Below, piece by piece: positions 45,466 to 52,971 of a DNA stretch of 64,000 nt; position 1 is the first letter of the stretch, and every line of letters starts with the position of its first letter. The translations under genes and the position numbers were made by a program. The stretch lies in the sequence record PV764938.1; one strand, 5' to 3'. Under the pieces are notes generated by a model. The model did no database searches. It saw only the letters and a list, made by a program, of their open reading frames with translations, and was not told the origin of the DNA.

Positions 45466-46068
45466 TTATTTAACTACTAGGTCACCGTGCTCGACGAGAT
45501 TTGGGAGCTTCGATGACTCCACAAACATATTGGGGAAATATGCGCGGGCAGTGTCGTTGTCCATATCGGTGAATTCGATGGAACCGAAAGCATCGGTATC
45601 CAGGATCCATTCCTGAACTTCTTCAGTGAACAGATCAAACATCTTTGCGTTGCCGTTCCCCGAAAGCTGATAGGTGCGCTTTCCGTCCTTGGCCGTCGAG
45701 TAAACTGCGGCGCTGTGGAATTGGAACACCGCATGTTCCGTGAACACAACGTTTTGGGGCCGCGTTAGCAACAGCGTGCAGGCACTTGCACAGACCCCAT
45801 CGATTACGATGATCTTGTCTTGGTTTTCATCGAGGAACTTGAGAGTTGAGATCATCCCATCGAGTTCACCACCGCGACCCTCTCGGATAACAATGGCGTC
45901 GATCTGATCGAAGATCTTGATCATGAACTGATCGGTGCTGTTTGTGCCGTCGACCATTGCGACGACCTTGTTTGCCGTAAATTTGTCCATAACGGTTGGC
46001 TTGGTAGCGCAACCCGTAGACAAAAGTGCCAGTGCCGTACCGATAAGTGCTGATGCGATCTTGTTCAT
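45466..46068 (-). CDS. lipoprotein, ClpP/crotonase-fold protease-like (paralogue of 44776..45423)
   Basis: Lipobox LSTGC; GRGGEL, IVIDGVCASACTLLL, FQFHS. Start set at ATG 46068. Confidence 0.7.
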   Translation of the reverse strand: MNKIASALIGTALALLSTGCATKPTVMDKFTANKVVAMVDGTNSTDQFMIKIFDQIDAIVIREGRGGELDGMISTLKFLDENQDKIIVIDGVCASACTLLLTRPQNVVFTEHAVFQFHSAAVYSTAKDGKRTYQLSGNGNAKMFDLFTEEVQEWILDTDAFGSIEFTDMDNDTARAYFPNMFVESSKLPNLVEHGDLVVK

Positions 46069-46198
46069 TTGTTCCTCGTTTCCTGTTTCCAGTAATACAG
46101 GAAAGGAAAAAATGTTCAAGTCTAAAAATAAAAATATTGAGCTTTTTGAGCGCCAGATGCTAGGTAATTGGTGAACGTCGAAAACAAAGGAACACGAC

Positions 46199-46402
46199 AT
46201 GAACTTCATCAAGAACCTTTTCGCCCGCATCAACAACTGGGGCCGCGCTGACAACGATGCCGTTTATGCTGCGCTCCCGGGCTTCACTGCGGACATGACT
46301 GCCGATCACGCTACGCTCGGCGCTCGCATCGACGCTGCAAAGGCAACTGATGCTGCAAACCGCCGTCGCCTGGGTATTGCCCAGTACGCTTACAAGTTTT
46401 GA
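46199..46402 (+). CDS. small hypothetical protein
   Basis: AAAGGA RBS, 67 aa. Confidence 0.7.
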   Translation: MNFIKNLFARINNWGRADNDAVYAALPGFTADMTADHATLGARIDAAKATDAANRRRLGIAQYAYKF

Positions 46403-46414
46403 TAGTGTCGTGTT

Positions 46415-46438
46415 AAGCCGGGATTAAGTTCCCGGCTT
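46415..46438 (+). terminator. intrinsic terminator
   Basis: AAGCCGGGA-TTAAGT-TCCCGGCTT. Confidence 0.65.
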
Positions 46439-46488
46439 TACCATTCCTGGTAAATAATTTCGAACACATCGAAATGCCAGGAGCTACA

Positions 46489-46956
46489 ATGTCTAACGCT
46501 AACGAAATTCGCAAAACGCTTGAGATTCTGAACGAAGCAGCGCCTTCGAAGAAAATCCCACAAGCGGGTGTCGATCAGAATAAGAACGTCCGAGTCAACA
46601 TCGAGACTCTCGGCCGTCAGGCTCCATCCCGTGGACGCTATGATTTCAACAAGGGCTTCCTGACATTCCAGGATATCCTAGACGATCCGAATCCATTCAT
46701 CGGAAAGTATCGTAAGGAATCCCAGCAGGATACTTCTAACCTTGCCCGTTATATCGGTGGCATGAAACCCAATGATAAACTGACGGATAAAGAAAAGTAT
46801 CTGCGTGACGGATACGAAGCACGTGGTTTCGACAACGGTCGTAACTATTTGGTTTGGTGGAAGGACAAGAAGGAATCCCTCTTGATCTTCGCAAGCTCCA
46901 AGGACGACCACATGCAGATCAGAGACTTCCTCAAGTTCTTCAACGTGATTCGATAA
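46489..46956 (+). CDS. hypothetical protein (possibly late)
   Basis: TAAATA 46451, AGGAG RBS, MSNANEIRKTLEILNE N-terminus. Confidence 0.75.
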   Translation: MSNANEIRKTLEILNEAAPSKKIPQAGVDQNKNVRVNIETLGRQAPSRGRYDFNKGFLTFQDILDDPNPFIGKYRKESQQDTSNLARYIGGMKPNDKLTDKEKYLRDGYEARGFDNGRNYLVWWKDKKESLLIFASSKDDHMQIRDFLKFFNVIR

Positions 46957-47017
46957 ACATTTTGACTAGCATACCTAAAGAGTCTATCCTCAACTGAAAG
47001 GTTGAGGATTTTCTTTT

Positions 47018-47206
47018 ATGGGTAAGTTACTTCGTAAGTGCGTTACTGGCGCAGCCGTACTCGCAATTCTCGTTATCGTTTATGGCGAATTCAGAAATCA
47101 TTTCTTCGTCTGCCCCACAGATACCCTGAAGGTTCGTCTGGCCGATGGTGGTGTTGGCTGTGTTGTCGGCACTCCTGCAGTGGATACATTTAGGACGACA
47201 GAATGA
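47018..47206 (+). CDS. small membrane-anchored protein
   Basis: Hydrophobic N-terminus then C-x-x-x...G-x-x-GC; paralogous pattern to the next ORF. Confidence 0.55.
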   Translation: MGKLLRKCVTGAAVLAILVIVYGEFRNHFFVCPTDTLKVRLADGGVGCVVGTPAVDTFRTTE

Positions 47207-47388
47207 CCCAGCGTATTGGAGCCATTGCACTCGTCCTTTTTGGTCTCGCTGTCGCGGGCATTGTAGTGCGTGAGCAGAACAAGGAGCGCCTTGCTTCTTT
47301 GACTTGCGCACCGACCACACCACGTGTAGTTTTGAGCAATGGCACAATTGGCTGCCCACTTGTTATTACGGATGAGGCAAAGAAGTGA
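47203..47388 (+). CDS. small membrane-anchored protein
   Basis: ATGA overlap; TCAPT...NGTIGC resembles VCPTD...DGGVGC of the previous ORF. Confidence 0.6.
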   Translation: MTQRIGAIALVLFGLAVAGIVVREQNKERLASLTCAPTTPRVVLSNGTIGCPLVITDEAKK

Positions 47389-47630
47389 TTGATACGACCG
47401 CATATGAAGAAGCCGTATACCAGTATAAGCTGTATTGTGTGGCACTTGAGCTTTCCCGCAGTGAGCTCCTTAAGGACGCTCTTAATCGGCAAGCCCGAAA
47501 AGAATTCGAGAGCGCACTCGATGTTGTGCGTAGAAGTGCAATTAGAATGAACAAGCTGGAGGGCGATATTGCTCACGCTGCCCTCGTAAGTGCTTGTAAT
47601 CGTTTGAATATTTCCGCTCCAGAGCGATAA
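47385..47630 (+). CDS. small hypothetical protein
   Basis: GTGA overlap, 81 aa. Confidence 0.6.
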   Translation: MIDTTAYEEAVYQYKLYCVALELSRSELLKDALNRQARKEFESALDVVRRSAIRMNKLEGDIAHAALVSACNRLNISAPER

Positions 47631-47753
47631 AAATTCAAAAAAGTTCGTGTCCTGTAATTAAAACTATTGACAATTCCACACAGGACATATAAATATAAAC
47701 ATAGAAGCGTCGTGCAAAGGCACCACGTTAAACGAATTTTAAGGATACTGACC

Positions 47754-47918
47754 GTGCAAACGACAACTCAACATAGCTGGCAAGTGAAGGGCTTTAAAGC
47801 CTTGCGCGCGGCTGCGTTTGAGCAGGTCGCGGCGCTAGAACAGTATCTGGGCAACCGTATTAATATGCGTCCAGATACCACCGGGTCGGTACTCCGAGGA
47901 GGCACTAAGATAATTTAA
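47754..47918 (+). CDS. 54-aa leader-like ORF
   Basis: AAGGA RBS, GTG start, stop inside a hairpin followed by a terminator. Confidence 0.45.
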   Translation: MQTTTQHSWQVKGFKALRAAAFEQVAALEQYLGNRINMRPDTTGSVLRGGTKII

Positions 47919-47946
47919 GCTTAGGCACTCCATTTTAGGATAACTG

Positions 47947-47975
47947 ACCCGGATTAGGAAACTAATCCGGGTTTT
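47947..47975 (+). terminator. intrinsic terminator
   Basis: ACCCGGATTAG-GAAA-CTAATCCGGGT-TTT. Confidence 0.85.
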
Positions 47976-48019
47976 GTCGTTTCTTACTCCAACAAAAACA
48001 ACTACAGAAAAAGATTTTA

Positions 48020-48117
48020 AAAAAGTTGAAAAAAGTAGTTGACGCGGAAAAGAAACATATCGTATAAGAAGATATAACGAAAAAACAGTTGACGCAGGAA
48101 TTGATTCATGCTAGACT
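48020..48117 (+). promoter_or_regulatory. tandem rrn-like promoters at the head of the tRNA array
   Basis: A-tract UP-like element; TTGACG(48040)-N17-TATAAG and TTGACG(48089)-N17-TAGACT. Confidence 0.75.
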
Positions 48118-48121
48118 GTCG

Positions 48122-48350
48122 GGCAAGAGCGCAGCGAAAGCTTAGTTCTTGTAAAGTTTAAGAAGGTGGCTGCTTCCCCATAGAAGCAGACTTCGGCTTG
48201 TAGGATGGCGGAGACTTCGAGTGCTCCAATGCTAGACTGGTTTCAAGCGAAGGATACATTACGGGGACGGACTGTAGTAGGTCCGCTCCCGTATTGGAAA
48301 GCTCATCCTGTCACTGTAACGGCCGATTCGACGCCCACAGCGATGATCTT
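48122..48350 (+). ncRNA. candidate ~230-nt structured RNA leading the tRNA array
   Basis: GCAAGAGC/GTTCTTGT, CTGCTTC/GAAGCAG, AGGATG(48202)/CATCCT(48304), TACGGG/CCCGTA, GGAC/GTCC. Confidence 0.5.
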
Positions 48351-48356
48351 TCTTAT

Positions 48357-48431
<75 letters not shown>

Positions 48432-48502
48432 ACTTTTGTGGGCCGAATGTGCTGGGTTATCTTTTGCTGATGAACCCCAGGACAAACTACTTGCCCACTT
48501 AT

Positions 48503-48578
48503 GCTCCTGTAGATCATCTGGTGAAGACTCCGCACTGTCTATGCGGAAAGGCGGGTTCGATTCCCGTCAGGGGCGCCA
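48503..48578 (+). tRNA. tRNA-Asp(GTC)
   Basis: CCGCA-CTGTCTA-TGCGG; G73; CCA. Confidence 0.92.
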
Positions 48579-48580
48579 AT

Positions 48581-48656
48581 GCTTTCGTAGTGAAACTGGA
48601 CATAACAGGAGTCTACGAAACTCCAGATGAAGGTTCGAGTCCTTCCGAAAGCACCA
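48581..48656 (+). tRNA. tRNA-Arg(ACG)
   Basis: GGAGT-CTACGAA-ACTCC; CCA. Confidence 0.92.
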
Positions 48657-48740
48657 ACAGTTTACGCGAGCCGATATGTTTTGGTTATCTTGACTCTTAA
48701 TCAAACCCTACCCAAAGCAGTCCACTTGCTCGCACTTTAT

Positions 48741-48819
48741 GCCCTCGTAGCCCAACATAGGTAGAGGTGTCACGCTCAGAACGTGAAGGTTGTCGGTTCG
48801 ATCCCGACCGAGGGCACCA
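48741..48819 (+). tRNA. tRNA-Leu(CAG), short variable loop
   Basis: TCACG-CTCAGAA-CGTGA; 5-nt variable loop; A73-CCA. Confidence 0.9.
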
Positions 48820-48826
48820 ACTTTAT

Positions 48827-48903
48827 GCTCCTGTAGCTCAGACAGGTAGAGCGGCACCCTGAAACGGTGCGCGTCGGTGGTTCGATTCCATCTGGGGGCA
48901 CCA
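48827..48903 (+). tRNA. tRNA-Phe(GAA)
   Basis: GCACC-CTGAAAC-GGTGC; CCA. Confidence 0.92.
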
Positions 48904-48915
48904 AACAACACATGA

Positions 48916-48992
48916 TGGGGAATGGCCAAACTGGCAAGGCAGCGCACTTTGAATGCGAAGATGTGTAGGTTCGAACCCTACTTCCCCAACCA
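48916..48992 (+). tRNA. tRNA-Gln(TTG)
   Basis: CGCA-CTTTGAA-TGCG; TGGGGAA/TTCCCCA. Confidence 0.9.
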
Positions 48993-49007
48993 AATAGAAA
49001 TACCAAT

Positions 49008-49090
49008 GGGTGGTAAAAGCTAGTGGTTCTAGCAAGTGGTCTGTAAAACCGCGCCGTACGGGAGTTGTTCGATTCAACTACCACCCACCA
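49008..49090 (+). tRNA. tRNA-Tyr(GTA)
   Basis: GTGGT-CTGTAAA-ACCGC; extended variable region; A73-CCA. Confidence 0.88.
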
Positions 49091-49097
49091 ACAATGA

Positions 49098-49173
49098 TGG
49101 CAAATGGCGCAACTGGTAGCGCAACACACTCTGAATGTGAAGGTTCTAGGTTCGAGCCCTAGTTTGCCAACCA
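49098..49173 (+). tRNA. tRNA-Gln(CTG)
   Basis: CACA-CTCTGAA-TGTG; TGGCAAA/TTTGCCA. Confidence 0.9.
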
Positions 49174-49196
49174 ATTCTTTTGACGATGTGCTTAGC

Positions 49197-49273
49197 TGGT
49201 GCGAGCCGAACATGGTGGACGGGACTCACTGTTAATGAGTACATGGTAGGTTCGATTCCTACCGCATCAGCTA
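49197..49273 (+). tRNA. tRNA-Asn(GTT), ends CTA instead of CCA, inside a 12-bp extended stem
   Basis: ACTCA-CTGTTAA-TGAGT; TGGTGCG/CGCATCA-G-CTA. Confidence 0.82.
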
Positions 49274-49287
49274 AACACATCTCAAAT

Positions 49288-49361
49288 GGGCCGTGGCTCT
49301 GGGTTAGCGGGTTTTCCTTGCAAGAAAACTGACACCGGTTCGATTCCGGACGTGTCCACCA
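49288..49361 (+). tRNA. tRNA-Ala(TGC), irregular acceptor stem
   Basis: TTTTC-CTTGCAA-GAAAA; G3:U70; bulged acceptor; A-CCA. Confidence 0.75.
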
Positions 49362-49366
49362 AACAT

Positions 49367-49442
49367 GGGGTAGGGGCTTGGGTACCCGGATTTTGCTGGC
49401 AGCGAGATAGCCTGGTCGGTTCGATTCCGATCTACTCCACCA
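49367..49442 (+). tRNA. tRNA-Ala(GGC)
   Basis: CTGGCAG loop; GGGGTAG/CTACTCC with G3:U70; A-CCA. Confidence 0.82.
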
Positions 49443-49471
49443 ATTATTTTCGATATTTTTGAATTCAGGAG

Positions 49472-49536
49472 TTGACGCATTCCTGAATTGTGTTATTCTG
49501 ATAATACGGAAACAAACACAACGGAGATCGAAAATG
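49472..49536 (+). promoter_or_regulatory. promoter plus conserved RBS cassette, -35 inside a palindrome
   Basis: AATTCAGGA-GTTGACGCAT-TCCTGAATT; TTGACG-N14-GT-TATTCT; GGAGATCGAAAATG. Confidence 0.7.
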
Positions 49537-49749
49537 GCTAAGTCGAAGATGGAACTGATTCGCGAATTTGCTGCAAAGCAGGGCGTTGAAATCGTTGAAA
49601 TCAAGGTCAAGCGCGTCCGTGCAAAGGACCTCGCAGGTCTCCCGAAGATGGTCGAAAAGACGAACCTGATGACCGGTAAGAAGTACATGGAAGCAGAAGG
49701 CACTCCGCTTTGCTGCTCGCCGGCTTCGGAAACTTACTGGAGCATGTAA
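49534..49749 (+). CDS. small conserved phage protein
   Basis: Ends NLMTGKKYME...TPLCCSPASETYWSM. Confidence 0.75.
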   Translation: MAKSKMELIREFAAKQGVEIVEIKVKRVRAKDLAGLPKMVEKTNLMTGKKYMEAEGTPLCCSPASETYWSM

Positions 49750-49976
49750 TGGCATATCCGGTTCGGTCAACATTCTGGGCTGCTTACAAACTCGTAAGCA
49801 GCCGAGGTGTTTCATTTTTCGAGCAACCCAGCAACGCGGAGCTTGAGCCGATGGTTGCTGCGATCCTGATTCGCGAAAAGGGATATCCTACTGATACAGT
49901 TGTAGAAATCGATGGCTCCGATCCAATGGCTATGGTCTTGGTCGTAGAAGACAACGGTTCCTGGGAACTGGTTTAA
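49749..49976 (+). CDS. small hypothetical protein
   Basis: TAATG overlap, 75 aa. Confidence 0.6.
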   Translation: MAYPVRSTFWAAYKLVSSRGVSFFEQPSNAELEPMVAAILIREKGYPTDTVVEIDGSDPMAMVLVVEDNGSWELV

Positions 49977-50065
49977 ATTCGAGCTGGGGAGTAACAACGG
50001 CAATTGTTGCCGGCCCCACTGAGCCACAGCCCTACTGGAGCTTTGCCGAGCTTCTGTGGGGTTGA

Positions 50066-50128
50066 GACTTCTGGTGTAATGTAGCACACCGCATGGCGCG
50101 GGAGAGTCCGTCGATTCGGGCAAAGTCG
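50066..50128 (+). pseudogene. degenerate tRNA-like element
   Basis: GACTT/AAGTC acceptor remnant, GTG/CAC D arm, CCGC-ATGGC-GCGG short arm, GTCCG-TCGATT-CGGGC T-like arm; no CCA. Confidence 0.45.
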
Positions 50129-50141
50129 TTGGCAACAATAT

Positions 50142-50217
50142 GGGTCATGGGCCAGATGGGACGGCTCCGCTTTTACACGGCGGCATTGACTAGGTTCGAT
50201 TCCTAGATGACCTACCA
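50142..50217 (+). tRNA. tRNA-Val(TAC)
   Basis: CCGCT-TTTACAC-GGCGG; A-CCA. Confidence 0.88.
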
Positions 50218-50225
50218 AACTACAT

Positions 50226-50299
50226 ACCTGTCTAGTATAATGGTAGTGCAGCTGGCTCCAACCCAGCGAGCGTGGGTTCGATTCCTACGGCAGGTGCCA
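50226..50299 (+). tRNA. tRNA-Trp(CCA)
   Basis: GCTGG-CTCCAAC-CCAGC; G-CCA. Confidence 0.9.
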
Positions 50300-50322
50300 A
50301 CACTCTTACGCTTCGGCGTTAT

Positions 50323-50413
50323 GGGGAGTGCCAATAAGTATCGGTGGTCCGGTAGCTGCGCTGTAAACGCAGTCCCTTAGGGCAAGAGGTTCGATTCCGT
50401 CCATTCCCCACCA
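50323..50413 (+). tRNA. atypical tRNA-Tyr(GTA) with 8-bp acceptor stem
   Basis: GGGGAGTG/CATTCCCC-A-CCA; CTGCG-CTGTAAA-CGCAG; long connector before the D hairpin; bulged T stem. Confidence 0.7.
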
Positions 50414-50430
50414 ATTCAGGAATATCCTGG

Positions 50431-50458
50431 TTGACAACTCTGGTTCCCATGTTAAACT
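50431..50458 (+). promoter_or_regulatory. sigma70-type promoter
   Basis: TTGACA-N14-GT-TAAACT. Confidence 0.65.
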
Positions 50459-50486
50459 GTAGTTGAGTTTAACGATGGAGCAGACG

Positions 50487-50741
50487 ATGGCTAACTTCAA
50501 AGGCGAGCTTTTCAACTATAACGGTTCGGCAAAGATCATCTCCGCTGAAGCAAGTGAGCTCTACGGTTTCTATACGGAAAGCGTGTTTGGGATCACAAGT
50601 CATCGCACGGGACGCACGATTCATTTCTGCCACAAGTCCACCGAACGTGATCGCGATAACGATATCACGCATTGGGTTTACGAACCCCTCGGTACAGATG
50701 CTGAAGTGCAGGGCTGGCGCGTCCACATTTACAACGATTAA
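50487..50741 (+). CDS. small hypothetical protein
   Basis: GGAG RBS before ATG 50487. Confidence 0.7.
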   Translation: MANFKGELFNYNGSAKIISAEASELYGFYTESVFGITSHRTGRTIHFCHKSTERDRDNDITHWVYEPLGTDAEVQGWRVHIYND

Positions 50742-50744
50742 CAG

Positions 50745-50819
50745 TTTCTGGTAGTTCAAGCTGAGACAAGAATAGCCGCTGGCCAGCGGAAGATGCGGAT
50801 ACTCAACCCGCCCAGAGAG
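50745..50819 (+). pseudogene. tRNA-like element with 4-nt anticodon loop
   Basis: TTTCTGG/CCAGAGA acceptor; CCGCT-GGCC-AGCGG; GCGG/CCGC T stem with a non-canonical loop; no CCA. Confidence 0.55.
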
Positions 50820-50827
50820 CCTTACAT

Positions 50828-50902
50828 ACCTCTGTAGAATATTGGTTATTTCACCTCCCTTTCAAGGAGAAGAAGCGAGTTCGATTCTCGTCAGGGGTAC
50901 CA
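50828..50902 (+). tRNA. tRNA-Glu(TTC)
   Basis: CTCC-CTTTCAA-GGAG; CCA. Confidence 0.87.
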
Positions 50903-50907
50903 AACAT

Positions 50908-50985
50908 GCTGCCGTACTCCAACCTGGTAGAGAGGTTACGTTGAGAACGTAAATGTTGTGGGTTCGACTCCCATCGGCAGCACCA
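50908..50985 (+). tRNA. tRNA-Leu(GAG), short variable loop
   Basis: TTACG-TTGAGAA-CGTAA; A-CCA. Confidence 0.9.
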
Positions 50986-50990
50986 AACAT

Positions 50991-51065
50991 GCTCTGTTCG
51001 TCTACTGGTTAGGATACTAGGTTTTCACCCTGGTGAAACGGGTTCAATTCCCGTACAGAGTACCA
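50991..51065 (+). tRNA. tRNA-Glu(TTC)
   Basis: CTAGG-TTTTCAC-CCTGG; CCA. Confidence 0.9.
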
Positions 51066-51112
51066 AAAATAAATTGACGTTTAACTGGATACTAACTATA
51101 GTATCCAAGTAT

Positions 51113-51188
51113 GCAGCTCTGGCAGTGATGGTTCATGCGCTGGATTGAAGTCCCAGATATCCCGGTTCGATCCCGGGGGGCTGCACCA
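51113..51188 (+). tRNA. tRNA-Phe(GAA)
   Basis: CTGG(A)-TTGAAGT-(C)CCAG; GCAGCTC/GGGCTGC-A-CCA. Confidence 0.85.
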
Positions 51189-51200
51189 AATTTTGTGAAT

Positions 51201-51274
51201 GCCTGGCAGTGGTCTAGCCGGTCCGGATTACCGTTCGGAAAGGTTGGTTGGTTCAATTCCTTCGCTGGGCTCCA
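51201..51274 (+). pseudogene. Gly-like tRNA variant with distorted anticodon loop
   Basis: GCCTGGC/GCTGGGC-T-CCA; loop TTACCG(T) is 6 or 8 nt; weak D and T stems. Confidence 0.5.
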
Positions 51275-51280
51275 CAAAAT

Positions 51281-51356
51281 GGGCTGTTAGCTCATCTGGG
51301 AGAGCGCCTGCTTTGCACGCAGGAGGTGATCGGTTCGAGTCCGATACGGTCCACCA
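51281..51356 (+). tRNA. tRNA-Ala(TGC)
   Basis: CCTGC-TTTGCAC-GCAGG; G3:U70; A-CCA. Confidence 0.95.
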
Positions 51357-51413
51357 AAGTTTTCGGTACAACACGTGGATAACTCTGCTATAGTGGACAA
51401 AAGGGGATCTGCT

Positions 51414-51680
51414 ATGGTTGTTGTGCTTAGAATTATGGGGACACCAAGCGGTGGTTCTACACCCTACGACAACAAGTTTGTTGTTCGTTGCAACTTTGAA
51501 GCCGGATATGGAACATTGGCAGTTGATGTCACAGATGATCCGAAAAAGGCGATGCAGTTTACTCACGCGGTAGATGCTTTTGCATATTGGAAGACCCAAA
51601 GCAAAACTGAACCGCTGCGGCCGGATGGTTTACCCAATAGGCCGCTCACAGGCGTCAACATGTCGTTGGAACGCCTATAG
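51414..51680 (+). CDS. small hypothetical protein
   Basis: AAAGGGG RBS; ends RPDGLPNRPLT. Confidence 0.65.
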   Translation: MVVVLRIMGTPSGGSTPYDNKFVVRCNFEAGYGTLAVDVTDDPKKAMQFTHAVDAFAYWKTQSKTEPLRPDGLPNRPLTGVNMSLERL

Positions 51681-51685
51681 TTTAT

Positions 51686-51760
51686 TCCAGGGAATCCAAA
51701 TGGTGCGGACCACGCCCGATAAGCGTGTTTTAGTGGGGTCAGAACCCACCCCTGGTACCA
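51686..51760 (+). pseudogene. degenerate tRNA-Ile(GAT)-like RNA
   Basis: CACGC-CCGATAA-GCGTG (C33); T loop GTCAGAA; retains A-CCA. Confidence 0.6.
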
Positions 51761-51766
51761 ACACTT

Positions 51767-51841
51767 GCGCATGAGTCCGAATGGTGAGGGCCTCCCCTGA
51801 TAAGGGAGTGGTAGATGGTTCAATTCCATCCGTGCGCACCA
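51767..51841 (+). tRNA. tRNA-Ile(GAT)
   Basis: CTCCC-CTGATAA-GGGAG; GCGCATG/CGTGCGC-A-CCA. Confidence 0.9.
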
Positions 51842-51849
51842 AAACATAT

Positions 51850-51926
51850 TGCGGGTTAGAGAAGTGGTCATCTCATCGGTCTCATAAACCGGGAATCGTT
51901 GGTTCGAATCCAACACTCCGCAACCA
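51850..51926 (+). tRNA. tRNA-Met(CAT), initiator-like D arm, bulged acceptor
   Basis: TCGGT-CTCATAA-ACCGG; A-CCA. Confidence 0.82.
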
Positions 51927-52013
51927 AAAACAACAGGCGTAAAAGGACTCTTTGACCTCGGTGAAGATTCGACTAAGTCCGAGTAGATGTCCGTCGATTA
52001 GCTCTGTTGTTTT
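51927..52013 (+). ncRNA. candidate rod-like small RNA
   Basis: AAAACAACAG/CTGTTGTTTT closing helix, then GGAC/GTCC and CTCGG/CCGAG. Confidence 0.45.
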
Positions 52014-52088
52014 CTCCCTTAAACACCTCGCCGGGCAGGAGCGTTCGAACTGCACGAGGTGGCTAGACGAACGTGGTCTAGTAAACAA

Positions 52089-52158
52089 CGCTCTGCTACT
52101 GGGTAGACTTGGCTCTCATAAGGCTGATGAGGTGGTTCGATTCCACCCTGAGCGACCA
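52089..52158 (+). tRNA. tRNA-Met(CAT), minimal D arm (70 nt)
   Basis: CTCATAA loop; GGTGG-TTCGATT-CCACC; A-CCA. Confidence 0.72.
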
Positions 52159-52233
52159 ACTTCCTGAGATTCCGATCTCGCCGGGAGGATCTATAGTTCG
52201 GATGTAAAACATGGATCTTCCCACCCTCCCTAT

Positions 52234-52309
52234 GTGTCTGTAGCTCAACTGGATGAGCACCACCCTACGAAGGTGACCGATGTAGGTTCGACTCCTATCA
52301 GACACGCCA
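52234..52309 (+). tRNA. tRNA-Arg(ACG)
   Basis: CACC-CTACGAA-GGTG; GTGTCTG/CAGACAC-G-CCA. Confidence 0.92.
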
Positions 52310-52320
52310 AAACCAACGGA

Positions 52321-52348
52321 TTGACTTTGCTTGAGCCTGTGTTATAAT
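52321..52348 (+). promoter_or_regulatory. sigma70-type promoter
   Basis: TTGACT-N14-GT-TATAAT. Confidence 0.75.
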
Positions 52349-52376
52349 GTAAAAACAACAGCTTAGCGAGGTTCAT

Positions 52377-52805
52377 GTGGGGTTTGTTTATGATGATGGC
52401 GGTCGTTCGGCCGCAGGCTTCAAAGGCAAAACAGGAGATTGCGTTACACGCGCAATCGCAATTGCCACACAATCCGATTACAAGACGGTTTATGATGCGC
52501 TGAATACGATTGCAAAATCCGAAAAGCTCACAAAACGTAAGCCGAAGAAATCAAACTCTCGTACTGGTGTTTGGCGCGATACCGCAGGCAAATACTTGGA
52601 GAGTTTGGGTTGGGTCTGGGTTCCGACAATGCGGATCGGCTCAGGCTGTAAGGTTCATTTGAACCCGAATGAATTACCATGTGGTCGTATCGTAGTGAAG
52701 CTCACGCGCCATATGGCCGCAGTCGTTGATGGAGTGCTGCACGACACGTATGATTGCTCCCGCGACGGTACACGATGCGTATACGGTTACTACCGGATGC
52801 GCTGA
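52377..52805 (+). CDS. conserved phage protein, possible papain-like Cys-His-Asp fold
   Basis: GDCVTRAIAIA...RHMAAVVDGVLHDTYD. Confidence 0.7.
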   Translation: MGFVYDDGGRSAAGFKGKTGDCVTRAIAIATQSDYKTVYDALNTIAKSEKLTKRKPKKSNSRTGVWRDTAGKYLESLGWVWVPTMRIGSGCKVHLNPNELPCGRIVVKLTRHMAAVVDGVLHDTYDCSRDGTRCVYGYYRMR

Positions 52806-52815
52806 TGTGCTTTGT

Positions 52816-52901
52816 TGAAGTGTGACCGAGAGGTAAGGTACCCGGCTGTTAACCGGAGGTTGGATTTATCCAGGCAGGATCGATACCTGCCACTTCAGCC
52901 A
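52816..52901 (+). tRNA. tRNA with Asn anticodon (GTT) and long variable arm, inside a 12-bp extended stem
   Basis: CCGG-CTGTTAA-CCGG; variable hairpin TGGAT-TT-ATCCA; T loop ATCGATA; G73-CCA. Confidence 0.82.
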
Positions 52902-52971
52902 AGCACATCTTTATTGAATATTGAGTGTCATGTCATGTAGGTTCGGGTTGTTAACCCTTAAGGAGCATGAC

